DNA of 64,000 nucleotides from Candidatus Latescibacterota bacterium (GTDB lineage Bacteria > Latescibacterota > UBA2968 > UBA8231): NCBI GenBank assembly GCA_965242865.1, contig CBDETK010000013.1, positions 2,592,001 to 2,656,000 of the forward strand, in the 5' to 3' direction. The notes under the pieces are model-generated. The model did not search any database. It saw only the letters and a program-made list of their open reading frames with translations, and had not been told where the DNA came from. This document shows, one piece after another, positions 1 to 8,106 of this stretch; within the stretch, counting starts at the first letter, position 1, and each line of letters begins with the position of its first letter. Both the position numbers and the translations under genes were made by a program.

Positions 1-1
1 C

Positions 2-658
2 ACGGGCCGAGCGGCCGCCCGGCTCGGGGTTGAGGTGGTCAACGGCTTTACCGGCTCCTCGATCTGGCCGTTGCTCTATTCATTTCCGCCGGTATCCCCG
101 GACTTGATCGCGGCGGGTTATGCGGATTTTGCCGCCCGCTGGAAGCCTATTCTCGACCAATACCAAGCCCTCGGCGTCCGGTTCGCGCTAGAGGTCCATC
201 CCACGGAAATCGCCTTTGACATTGCCTCGGCCGAGCGCGCCATCCAAGCGCTCGACGGGCACCCGGCCTTTGGCTTCAACTACGACCCCAGTCACCTCGG
301 CTACCAAGGCGTGGATTACGTTGAGTTCATCTACCGCTTCAGCGACCGCATCTTCCACGTCCACCTGAAGGACGTCGGCTGGTCTGCGACGCCGACCGAC
401 GCTGGGGTCTTCGGCGGGCACACCGAGTTCGGCGACCGCCGGCGCTATTGGGACTTTCGCTCGTTGGGCCGCGGCAACATCGATTTCGAGGAAATCATCC
501 GCGCCCTCAACCGCATCAACTACCAAGGACCGCTGTCGGTCGAGTGGGAGGACAGCGGCATGGACCGGGTCCACGGCGCGACCGAAGCGGCCGCCTTTGT
601 CAAACAGGTCGATTTCCCGCCCTCGGACTTGGCCTTTGACGCGGCGTTTGAGGACTAG
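2..658 (+). CDS. Sugar phosphate isomerase/epimerase (xylose isomerase-like TIM barrel), 5' truncated by window edge
   Basis: ALEVHP, NYDPSH, HVHLKD and SVEWED metal-binding motifs; frame open to the window start. Confidence 0.85.
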   Translation, partial: TGRAAARLGVEVVNGFTGSSIWPLLYSFPPVSPDLIAAGYADFAARWKPILDQYQALGVRFALEVHPTEIAFDIASAERAIQALDGHPAFGFNYDPSHLGYQGVDYVEFIYRFSDRIFHVHLKDVGWSATPTDAGVFGGHTEFGDRRRYWDFRSLGRGNIDFEEIIRALNRINYQGPLSVEWEDSGMDRVHGATEAAAFVKQVDFPPSDLAFDAAFED

Positions 659-660
659 CG

Positions 661-2220
661 TTGCAGGGTCTCGTCGCCCTCCTGCTCGTCGTTCTGCTCG
701 TGGCTTGTGGCCGCGAAGAATCCGCGCAGCAGACGTTGGTTTTTGGCCGCGGCTCGGATTCGGTCGGGCTCGATCCGGCCATTGAAAACGACGGCGAATC
801 GTTTAAGGTCTGCGACAACATATACGAGACGTTGGTGACCTACGACCACGAGAGCACGGCCGTGGTGCCGCAGCTCGCGCGGTCTTGGCACATTTCCGCC
901 GATCAGCTCGCGTGGACCTTTCACTTGCGCTCGGGGGTCCGCTTCCACGACGGCACGCCCTTTAACGCCGAGGCCATGCTGTTTTCCCTCGAGCGGCAGT
1001 GGGACAAAGACCATCCCTTCCACAAAGTCGCCGGCGCTTATAAGTACTGGCAGGCCATGGGCATGGACGACATCGTCGCCGCCCTAGAGGCCCCGGACGA
1101 CTCGACCTTTGTCATCCGCCTCCAAGAGCCGCATGCCCCGTTTCTGGCCAACTTGGCGATGAACTTCTGCGCGGCCGTCAGTCCCACTGCGGTGGCCCGG
1201 CACGGGCGCGATTACTTCAAAAACCCGGTCGGCACCGGCCCGTTCCGCTTTGTCGAATGGCGCAAGGACGAGCGCATCGTCTTGGAGCGCAACCCCGATT
1301 ACTGGGCCCCCAAGCCGCCGCTCGACCGCCTAATTTTCAAGCCCATTCAGGAAGCCTCGGTGCGCTTTTTGGAGCTGGCGCAGGGCGCGATCCACGGCTT
1401 CGACAACCTCAGCCCCGAGTACCTAGAGCCGATCCGCGCCGACCCCAATCTCCACCTCTTGACGCAGGCCGGCATGAACGTCGGGTACTTGGCCATGCAC
1501 ACAGCCAAAAAGCCCTTTGACGACGTGCGGGTGCGCCGAGCCGTAAACCACGCCGTGGATAAGCAAGCCCTCGTGGACAATTTTTACGAGGGCTTGGCCA
1601 TTCCAGCCAAAAACCCCATTCCGCCGACCCTGTGGAGCTACAACGACACCATTGCCGGCTATGGCTACGATCCGGCCAAAGCGCGGGCCTTGCTGGCCGC
1701 CGCCGGTTATGCCGAGGGCTTTGAGACCGAGCTGTGGGCCATGCCGGTGCCGCGGCCCTATATGCCGCAGCCGGGCAAGATCGCCGAGGCGATTCAGGCC
1801 GACCTCGAAAAGGTGGGGATCCGCGCCCGCATTGTGTCGTGGGAATGGGGGACGTACTTGGACAAGGTGTTTGACGGCCAGCACCAGATGGCGTTGTTGG
1901 GTTGGACCGGCGACAACGGCGATCCAGACAACTTCCTCTACGTGCTCCTCGACTCCACTGCGGCCAGCAAGCCGGCCCAGAACATCGCCTTCTACCGCAG
2001 TGCCGAGCTGCACGACTCCTTGGTCGCGGCCCGCCGCTCAACCGACCGCGCCGAGCGTACGCGGCTCTACGCCCAAGCGCAGGAAATCGTCCACCGCGAC
2101 GCGCCTTGGGTGCCCCTAGTACACGCGACCCAGACGGTGGTTTTCCAGCGCCGCGTCACCGGCTTCAAGCTGCATCCCACCGGCAGCAAGTGGTTTCACA
2201 GCACCGCGCTGGCCCCTTGA
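661..2220 (+). CDS. dppA: Peptide ABC transporter substrate-binding lipoprotein (family 5, DppA-like)
   Basis: Lipobox LLVAC; motifs GVRFHDGTPFNA, PVGTGPF, MPVPRPY, GWTGDNGDPDNF. Confidence 0.9.
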   Translation: MQGLVALLLVVLLVACGREESAQQTLVFGRGSDSVGLDPAIENDGESFKVCDNIYETLVTYDHESTAVVPQLARSWHISADQLAWTFHLRSGVRFHDGTPFNAEAMLFSLERQWDKDHPFHKVAGAYKYWQAMGMDDIVAALEAPDDSTFVIRLQEPHAPFLANLAMNFCAAVSPTAVARHGRDYFKNPVGTGPFRFVEWRKDERIVLERNPDYWAPKPPLDRLIFKPIQEASVRFLELAQGAIHGFDNLSPEYLEPIRADPNLHLLTQAGMNVGYLAMHTAKKPFDDVRVRRAVNHAVDKQALVDNFYEGLAIPAKNPIPPTLWSYNDTIAGYGYDPAKARALLAAAGYAEGFETELWAMPVPRPYMPQPGKIAEAIQADLEKVGIRARIVSWEWGTYLDKVFDGQHQMALLGWTGDNGDPDNFLYVLLDSTAASKPAQNIAFYRSAELHDSLVAARRSTDRAERTRLYAQAQEIVHRDAPWVPLVHATQTVVFQRRVTGFKLHPTGSKWFHSTALAP

Positions 2221-2223
2221 GCC

Positions 2224-3234
2224 GTGTACCGCTTCGTCCTCAAGCGGCTCATCGCGCTCGTGCCGACGCTGGCGGGTATTTCGCTGTTGGTTTTTCTGAT
2301 GCTCTACTTGGTGCCGGGCGACCCGGCCCAAGTCATGCTCGGCGAGCGCGCCAATGCCGAGAGCTTGGCCGAGTTGCGCGCGACCCTGGGCCTCGACCAG
2401 CCCTTCCACGTGCAGTGTTACCGCTTCTTCGCCGGCCTGTTGCGCGGCGACTTAGGCCGCTCGATTCGCACTCACGAAAAGATCACCACCGAACTCGTCC
2501 AGCGCTTCCCGGCCACCTGCGAGCTCACGGTGGCCAGTATGCTGCTGGCCGTGACGGTCGGCATCGCGGCCGGCCTGTGGGCGGCTGTGCGACGAGGCAA
2601 AATCGCCGATCTCCTCAGCATGGTCTTGGCTACGGCCGGCATTTCCATTCCCGTGTTTTGGCTGGCCCTGATGCTCGTGTTGCTGTGGGCCTTTTACGTG
2701 CCGCTCTTTCCGGTGTCTGGCCGCTTGAGTACGCACATCTACTTTGAGCCGATCACCTATTTCTACGTACTCGACACGCTGATACAGGGCGATTTCGCGG
2801 CCTGCGGCGACGTGCTGTGGCACCTCTTCCTGCCAGCCCTGACCTTGGGGACCATTCCCATGGCCGTCATTGCGCGCATGACCCGCGCCAGCCTGCTCGA
2901 CGTCCTCGGCGAGGACTACATTCGCACGGCTTGGGCCAAGGGCCTGCAACAGCGGGTGGTGATTGTGCGCCACGCTCTGAAAAACGCCTTCATCCCCACG
3001 CTTACGGTCATTGCCCTCGAATTTGGCTACCTGCTCGGGGGCGCGGTTATCACCGAGACCATCTTTGCGTGGCCCGGGGTGGGACGCTGGCTCTTTTTGG
3101 CGGTGCAGGCGCGCGACTTCCGCGCAGTGCAGGGCGGGGTTTTGCTGCTGGCCACGGTCTTTGTGCTGGCCAACCTCATCGCCGACGTGCTCTACGCTTG
3201 GCTGGATCCGCGGATCCGCTACGACGAGGAATAG
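2224..3234 (+). CDS. dppB: Peptide ABC transporter permease (DppB-like)
   Basis: VPGDPA, GDLGRS, RFPATCEL, DYIRTAWAKG EAA-like loop, C-terminal LDPRIR. Confidence 0.9.
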   Translation: MYRFVLKRLIALVPTLAGISLLVFLMLYLVPGDPAQVMLGERANAESLAELRATLGLDQPFHVQCYRFFAGLLRGDLGRSIRTHEKITTELVQRFPATCELTVASMLLAVTVGIAAGLWAAVRRGKIADLLSMVLATAGISIPVFWLALMLVLLWAFYVPLFPVSGRLSTHIYFEPITYFYVLDTLIQGDFAACGDVLWHLFLPALTLGTIPMAVIARMTRASLLDVLGEDYIRTAWAKGLQQRVVIVRHALKNAFIPTLTVIALEFGYLLGGAVITETIFAWPGVGRWLFLAVQARDFRAVQGGVLLLATVFVLANLIADVLYAWLDPRIRYDEE

Positions 3235-3313
3235 AGTGTGGCTTTGGAGCGTCCGAGAATGTATTGTATATTGACCTCAGTTGTTTTCTGGCAATCATGC
3301 ACGGGAGTGAATA

Positions 3314-3655
3314 ATGGATTTCAGTAATCCTCTGATCTATATAATTCCCGGACTAGCCATTTTTGGCTATATCGTAAAATGGATTATTAAGGTAGAAAGA
3401 TGGATGGGCAAGATAGACGAGTCTATACGCTTGCTTGAAGAAGGTGCCCGCGAAATGAGGACGGATATTACTTCTATTCAGGTTGTGGAGAAAAACAGCC
3501 CGCTCCGCTTGACGGAAGCGGGGCACTCTATTTCCGAGGCGTTGGATGTTAAGGATCGCCCTGTTGGGTGCTTGGAATCGATGCCGATTTTAATACGTCA
3601 TAAGTCCTTGAAAAACAACGACTTACCCCCCCCCCCCCCGAAAATTCTCCGCTAG
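3314..3655 (+). pseudogene. Small AT-rich membrane-anchored hypothetical protein, apparently truncated and fused into the poly-C leader repeat from 3559
   Basis: RBS GGGAG, N-terminal TM helix then coiled coil; last ~31 codons are repeat sequence shared with 21017-21116. Confidence 0.5.
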
Positions 3656-4217
3656 CACCAAGCACTAAACTCTCTACTTCTCAGCATAGGCCGACAGCTC
3701 GTGTGCGGCCGTTGGGCGTCGCGTCGGTCTGGCCGCGTGGCCCCAAGCGCACGCTGCCGTGCGGCCGTTGGGCTGATCCACGTTTACGGCACCACCCCCG
3801 CAACTCGTCTGCCAAAGACCGAGGGCGGAATCTCCTCGCCCCAGATACCGCGAGAACACTAGCAAAGGCGCACCCAAAGCAAGGGGCGCGTCCTGAGCAC
3901 TCCAAGTTAGGCCCTAGGGCTAGCTCTGCCTCTTTCGGGGCGTCATGCCCCTCTTCCAATCTCCACACCATATCCACACAAAGGAGCAAAACATGCCTTC
4001 GTTGAGATCGATAAAAACCCTGTTTGGATTCGTCCTTTTGGGCATCGTCGGTGCTTGGATGGGCTGCTCAGACTCCGCGCCGGTCGCCTCTCGGCCGGCG
4101 GGCAAAGCCACCTGTTCCTTATGCGAATTCTTGGGCGACGAGACTTACACCGCTGCCGACGGGTTGGCCGCCCCCGAAAGCCCTGACACCACCGAGACCG
4201 AAGCCGAAGCTGACAGT
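3559..4217 (+). repeat. Dispersed leader + lipoprotein N-terminus cassette, copy 1 (palindrome, C14 tract, ~350 nt leader, signal peptide region)
   Basis: Aligns by eye along its length with the reverse complement of ~20430-21116, with scattered substitutions and small indels. Confidence 0.9.
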
Positions 4218-4336
4218 ACATCTGGGCGGACTATGGCACGAGTAAAATTCAGCATGCCGACCTAAATGGATCAAACGTCGCAGACCTCGTCACGGGATTG
4301 AATGTTCCATCGAGCATCGCGCTGGAATTTCGGTAG
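3993..4336 (+). pseudogene. Internally deleted lipoprotein of the LRR/YWTD family (paralog of 18901-20667)
   Basis: RBS AAGGAG, signal ...AWMGC and acidic linker; at ~4220 the frame shifts into one terminal YWTD-type repeat IWADYGTSKIQHADLNGSNVADLVTGLNVPSSIALEFR*. Confidence 0.8.
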
Positions 4337-4486
4337 TCATGGAGGTGAGGCGACGCGGCAGAACGGGCTAAGGAGCCGAGCGGGAAGGATGGCGACCGCC
4401 TCTACGACTTGTTCAACACGCCCCAAGGTAGGATCTTCAGACCGCTTCTAAGGATTGCCGTAAAAACGCAGACGCGAGGAGTAGCG

Positions 4487-4972
4487 ATGAATGCAGTGCG
4501 GCTGTTGTGCCTAGGGGTCGCGCTCGCGGCTTCTACCGCTTTAGATGCCGATAAAACCACCCGCCGAATCCGGCAAGCCGCGATTGCCTCGACCATCGCC
4601 GTGGTGGCCGAAGGCGACTTTGAGCCGAGAAGTATCGGCAGCTACAGCCTCCGAATATACGCCGCAACCGATCCCCGCTTCCCTTACGACCGCTTTATTG
4701 CCGGGGCTGTCCGGCCACGCGACGGGGTCGTCGAAAGGGTGCAATTCTCCGATCTGGACGACGACGGATCGCCCGAAATCGTCGTGATTGTTCGCTCGGT
4801 TGGCTCCGGCGGCTATCTCTCGGCAGACGCCTTTCAATTGCACGAGAAAGCCCCGACGTGGCTGGCGACGGTGGCTGGCTTGGCGCCGGACGACGACCCC
4901 ATTCGCGCCCTTGCAGTCAAGCTCAAAGCGGGGCCTGAACCGCCTGCGGTTCCAGACGACGACCGCCCGTAG
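4487..4972 (+). CDS. pliI: PliI-family inhibitor of invertebrate-type lysozyme
   Basis: RBS GAGGAG; signal peptide; VVAEGDFEPRSIGSYSLRIY, RDG and SVGSGGY motifs. Confidence 0.8.
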   Translation: MNAVRLLCLGVALAASTALDADKTTRRIRQAAIASTIAVVAEGDFEPRSIGSYSLRIYAATDPRFPYDRFIAGAVRPRDGVVERVQFSDLDDDGSPEIVVIVRSVGSGGYLSADAFQLHEKAPTWLATVAGLAPDDDPIRALAVKLKAGPEPPAVPDDDRP

Positions 4973-6191
4973 CCGGCGACGCGCTGCTGCATATTTCCGG
5001 GTGCTGCTTTAGGTAAGCAAGCAAGGCTTCCGCGGCCCACTGGTGGCCCGTCGCATTCCAGTGGCCATCGTGCGGCCAGTGCGAGTCTTTAATTCTCGCC
5101 CCACGCCCGAGGATGTAGTCGTATTCCTCAATGACGGGAATGCCCCGCGCCTCGGCCATGCTGTTCAGCCGATCGACGAGGAAGTCCTCGCCTCTCCGGC
5201 TGTGTACAGCCAAGATCACCAACGCGCTCCCGTCGCGGTCCGTGCGTTCCTTGAACTGGTCGAGGCCGAAAGCCGTGAATTCGCAGGCTTCCTCAAAGGC
5301 CGGCCCGGCCTCGGGCATTCGCGTTGTTGGCGTCCAATCGGCTAAAAGGGGTGCATAGCGGGGACGCTGGCTGAGAAGCCCCGCCCATGCAATGGCTCGG
5401 GGATGGGCATCGCGCGGAAAGAAGGCCCCTCTCTTGGCATCGAGGTAGTTTACGAACCGAGAAACCAGCCTCATGCGATTCACGAGCTGGTCTTGCAAGG
5501 GCCGCGGCAATCGGTGCTTTCGCCAATCGGGATCAGGCGGGCGCAGTTTGATGGTTCCGTCCGCCCGTCTGGCCGCAGACATCCACGGAAACCGATCCGG
5601 ATCCAACCCGGACGTGAGGGCGTGCAGAATCGCGGAGTTGTTTTGGAAATCGTTTGGAACGAAGACGAGCACTACGAGTTTGGGGCGCAGAGGCCGGGCG
5701 AACTCATCATAAAACGGCAGTTGATTGATCTGCCCGGTTCCAGAAATCCCAAAGGCCGAGGTCGTGACGTCCAGATGGGGTGCTGCCCGACCCGCGAGTT
5801 GTTCCAGCCGAACTTGAAATTTGTCGGCGATGGGAACGTGCATCGCATCGACAAAGGAATCGCCGATTATGGCGATGTGGCAGCTCTCGGCCGCACGGGC
5901 ATGGCTCGGGGGTTCGCGGTCCACGAAGCCCAGACTGTTGGTGCGGGAAACGGTCCAGAAATCGAGAAAATTCGTATGGCGCACCTCTGCGTTGGGTTGC
6001 CGGATGAGGCCCACCTTGGGAACGAAGCGAAAGGCACGCTCTTTGCTCGTAAACGGCCACGGACGAAGCAGGCGGAAATACGCCTCCCCGGCGATGGCGA
6101 TTAGGACCAGCCCGGCGATGAACAACAGCGCGTTCCAGCCGACCAATTGCAGCACCCGGCGGATGCGTGGCGGAGTTAAACCGTTGTCCAC
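4923..6191 (-). CDS. Membrane-anchored SGNH/GDSL hydrolase-like protein
   Basis: N-terminal TM helix; IIGDSF, FVPNDF and DGHWN blocks. Confidence 0.75.
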   Translation of the reverse strand: MDNGLTPPRIRRVLQLVGWNALLFIAGLVLIAIAGEAYFRLLRPWPFTSKERAFRFVPKVGLIRQPNAEVRHTNFLDFWTVSRTNSLGFVDREPPSHARAAESCHIAIIGDSFVDAMHVPIADKFQVRLEQLAGRAAPHLDVTTSAFGISGTGQINQLPFYDEFARPLRPKLVVLVFVPNDFQNNSAILHALTSGLDPDRFPWMSAARRADGTIKLRPPDPDWRKHRLPRPLQDQLVNRMRLVSRFVNYLDAKRGAFFPRDAHPRAIAWAGLLSQRPRYAPLLADWTPTTRMPEAGPAFEEACEFTAFGLDQFKERTDRDGSALVILAVHSRRGEDFLVDRLNSMAEARGIPVIEEYDYILGRGARIKDSHWPHDGHWNATGHQWAAEALLAYLKQHPEICSSASPATGGRRLEPQAVQAPL

Positions 6192-7312
6192 TCGCCCCGG
6201 TTGTTGGACGATTCGACCGCGGCCGCGACGAACTTCATGCCGGCGACGCCCTCTTGCACGCCCGGATGGGGAAAGGCCGCGGGCACATCCGGCTGGCCGC
6301 GGCGCGTGCGGATGAGCCGCTCGATCGTGGTGTGGAGGTTGGCGAGGGCCGGGAAGAAGTCCTCGTGGTGCCCCGAAGGCACCCGCAAGTACGAGACAAC
6401 GGCCGCGGGCAGGCCAAATTCAGCACCAATCCAATAGGTAATGTCGCGGCCATCGCCGCGGCGCAGGAGCAGGCATTCGGCCCGTTCCTGCCGCCACTCG
6501 ATGGAGCCTTGAGTGCCAAAGACGCGGAAGCCATTGTCGTTGCGGTAGCCGACCGCGATTTGCGTGGCCGTGATCAGGGCGGTGCCGCCGTTTTCCAGCT
6601 CGCCGATCACGTTGAAATCGTCGTCGAGTGCGCGGCCTTCAACAAAGGTGTTGAGGCGCGCCGACACCCGCTCAATGGCCAGCCCGGTCACCCAAGTCGC
6701 GGCGATGAAGGCATGGGTGCCAATGTCGCCGCCGCAATTGGAAATACCCGTGCGCTCGGGATCGGTGCGCCAAGACGCCTGCTGCTGGCCGGTCTGTTCG
6801 AGGGCCGTGGCCAGCCAGCCCTGATTATACCAAGAATCCACCTTGCGGATTGGGCCGATTTCGCCGCTCTGGATCATTTCTTTGGCCAGCATCATCATGG
6901 GATGGCCCGTATAGGTGTGGGCCAGCACAAAGGGCACGGACTCGCGCTCGACAATGCGCGCCAAGTCCTCGGCTTCGGCCACCGTCATGGTCATTGGCTT
7001 TTCGCAGAGCACCGGGATGCCGGCCTGCAAAAAGGCTTTGGCTGGCTCGTAGTGGGCGAAGTTGGGGGTGACGATGGTGACGTAATCAAGGGCTTGCTCG
7101 CCGCTTTGCGCGGCCGCCAACAGGGCCTGATAGGTGGGATACCCGGCAATGCCGTAGTCGTCGGCCGCGCGCATGGCCGCCGCGGGGTCGGACCGCAGCG
7201 CGCCAGCGACCAATTCGCGGCTGGCGTCGAGCGCGATGGCGCGGTTGTGAACCATGCCAAAAAAGGAATCCGGGCCACCGCCGCCGATCATACCTACTTT
7301 GAGTTTGTTCAT
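6176..7312 (-). CDS. Gfo/Idh/MocA-family oxidoreductase
   Basis: KVGMIGGG, VTPNFAH, CEKP, GDIGTH; RBS AGGAG. Confidence 0.9.
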   Translation of the reverse strand: MNKLKVGMIGGGGPDSFFGMVHNRAIALDASRELVAGALRSDPAAAMRAADDYGIAGYPTYQALLAAAQSGEQALDYVTIVTPNFAHYEPAKAFLQAGIPVLCEKPMTMTVAEAEDLARIVERESVPFVLAHTYTGHPMMMLAKEMIQSGEIGPIRKVDSWYNQGWLATALEQTGQQQASWRTDPERTGISNCGGDIGTHAFIAATWVTGLAIERVSARLNTFVEGRALDDDFNVIGELENGGTALITATQIAVGYRNDNGFRVFGTQGSIEWRQERAECLLLRRGDGRDITYWIGAEFGLPAAVVSYLRVPSGHHEDFFPALANLHTTIERLIRTRRGQPDVPAAFPHPGVQEGVAGMKFVAAAVESSNNRGEWTTV

Positions 7313-7338
7313 AATGTTCTCCTAGTGGATTGTGGGTC

Positions 7339-7435
7339 TAGAAGCGTTCACGGTCTAGAAGGGCGGTCGCGGGGGACGCGCCCCTACGTGTCGCAACGTG
7401 CGTATTAAAAACGCATCCGACTTGGGGCTGTCAAA
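7339..7435 (+). repeat. 97-bp direct repeat, left of TA module; contains a GTAG-type REP-like palindrome (7361-7387, minus)
   Basis: Identical to 8009-8105 by direct comparison. Confidence 0.95.
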
Positions 7436-7453
7436 CGCCGGAGGCAGTTAAAA

Positions 7454-7801
7454 TCAACCAATGATGGTTTTGACTATCCGCCGAAGTTGGTCTTGGTCCG
7501 CCGGTTGCAGTTGCCCCAGCTTTTTAATGACCAACCCTTTTTCGATGGTAGTGATCACCGGCTTTACGACCGAAGGTTTGAGCAGTCCGGCTTGCCGCCA
7601 GCCAGCTATCGAGAATTCTCCGAGTGTTTGCATTGATTCAACTCGGCTTGTAACTGCTGCGATGACGACATCTGGTTTGGCAGCGTTATAAGCGGATGTA
7701 CTGATGACCGTTGCCGGGCGTTTTTTATGGCTGGTTTGGTCGGTAAAAGGGAACGGCACCAAGACGAGGTCGCCGAAGCTATAGGTTGTCGTATGCTGCA
7801 T
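7454..7801 (-). CDS. PemK/MazF-family toxin (type II TA)
   Basis: GDLVLVPFPFTD..KKRPA motif, 115 aa, overlaps the upstream small gene. Confidence 0.85.
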   Translation of the reverse strand: MQHTTTYSFGDLVLVPFPFTDQTSHKKRPATVISTSAYNAAKPDVVIAAVTSRVESMQTLGEFSIAGWRQAGLLKPSVVKPVITTIEKGLVIKKLGQLQPADQDQLRRIVKTIIG

Positions 7802-7997
7802 CCTCTGAATTGTCCCAGACTCGATTAAAGCTAGCCTCAGCGGTCCTTAATGCAGCCTGAGTTAGTTCCCGCTCCTGATCTTTGTGGTAGAGGAAATCGA
7901 TGAAATCCTCAACCGTGGCAAGGCGTTCCGGCGGCAGTAATTGGAGTTTGTGAAGCACCTGTTGAATGAGTGCTTGTTGGTCCCTAGGTGAAATCAT
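7779..7997 (-). CDS. Putative antitoxin (DUF2281-like)
   Basis: Small ORF directly upstream of the toxin; LPPERL..VEDFIDFL and acidic tail VWDNSEDAAYDNL. Confidence 0.7.
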   Translation of the reverse strand: MISPRDQQALIQQVLHKLQLLPPERLATVEDFIDFLYHKDQERELTQAALRTAEASFNRVWDNSEDAAYDNL

Positions 7998-8008
7998 CGC
8001 AATTCCCT

Positions 8009-8105
8009 TAGAAGCGTTCACGGTCTAGAAGGGCGGTCGCGGGGGACGCGCCCCTACGTGTCGCAACGTGCGTATTAAAAACGCATCCGACTTGGGGCTG
8101 TCAAA
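8009..8105 (+). repeat. 97-bp direct repeat, right of TA module; REP-like palindrome at 8031-8057
   Basis: Identical to 7339-7435. Confidence 0.95.
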
Positions 8106-8106
8106 T

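Noticed and set aside
3564-3594. Sigma70 promoter at the 5' edge of the cassette (TTGRGT..TTTAAT)
   Set aside because: Spacing of about 19 nt and a weak -35; not supportable
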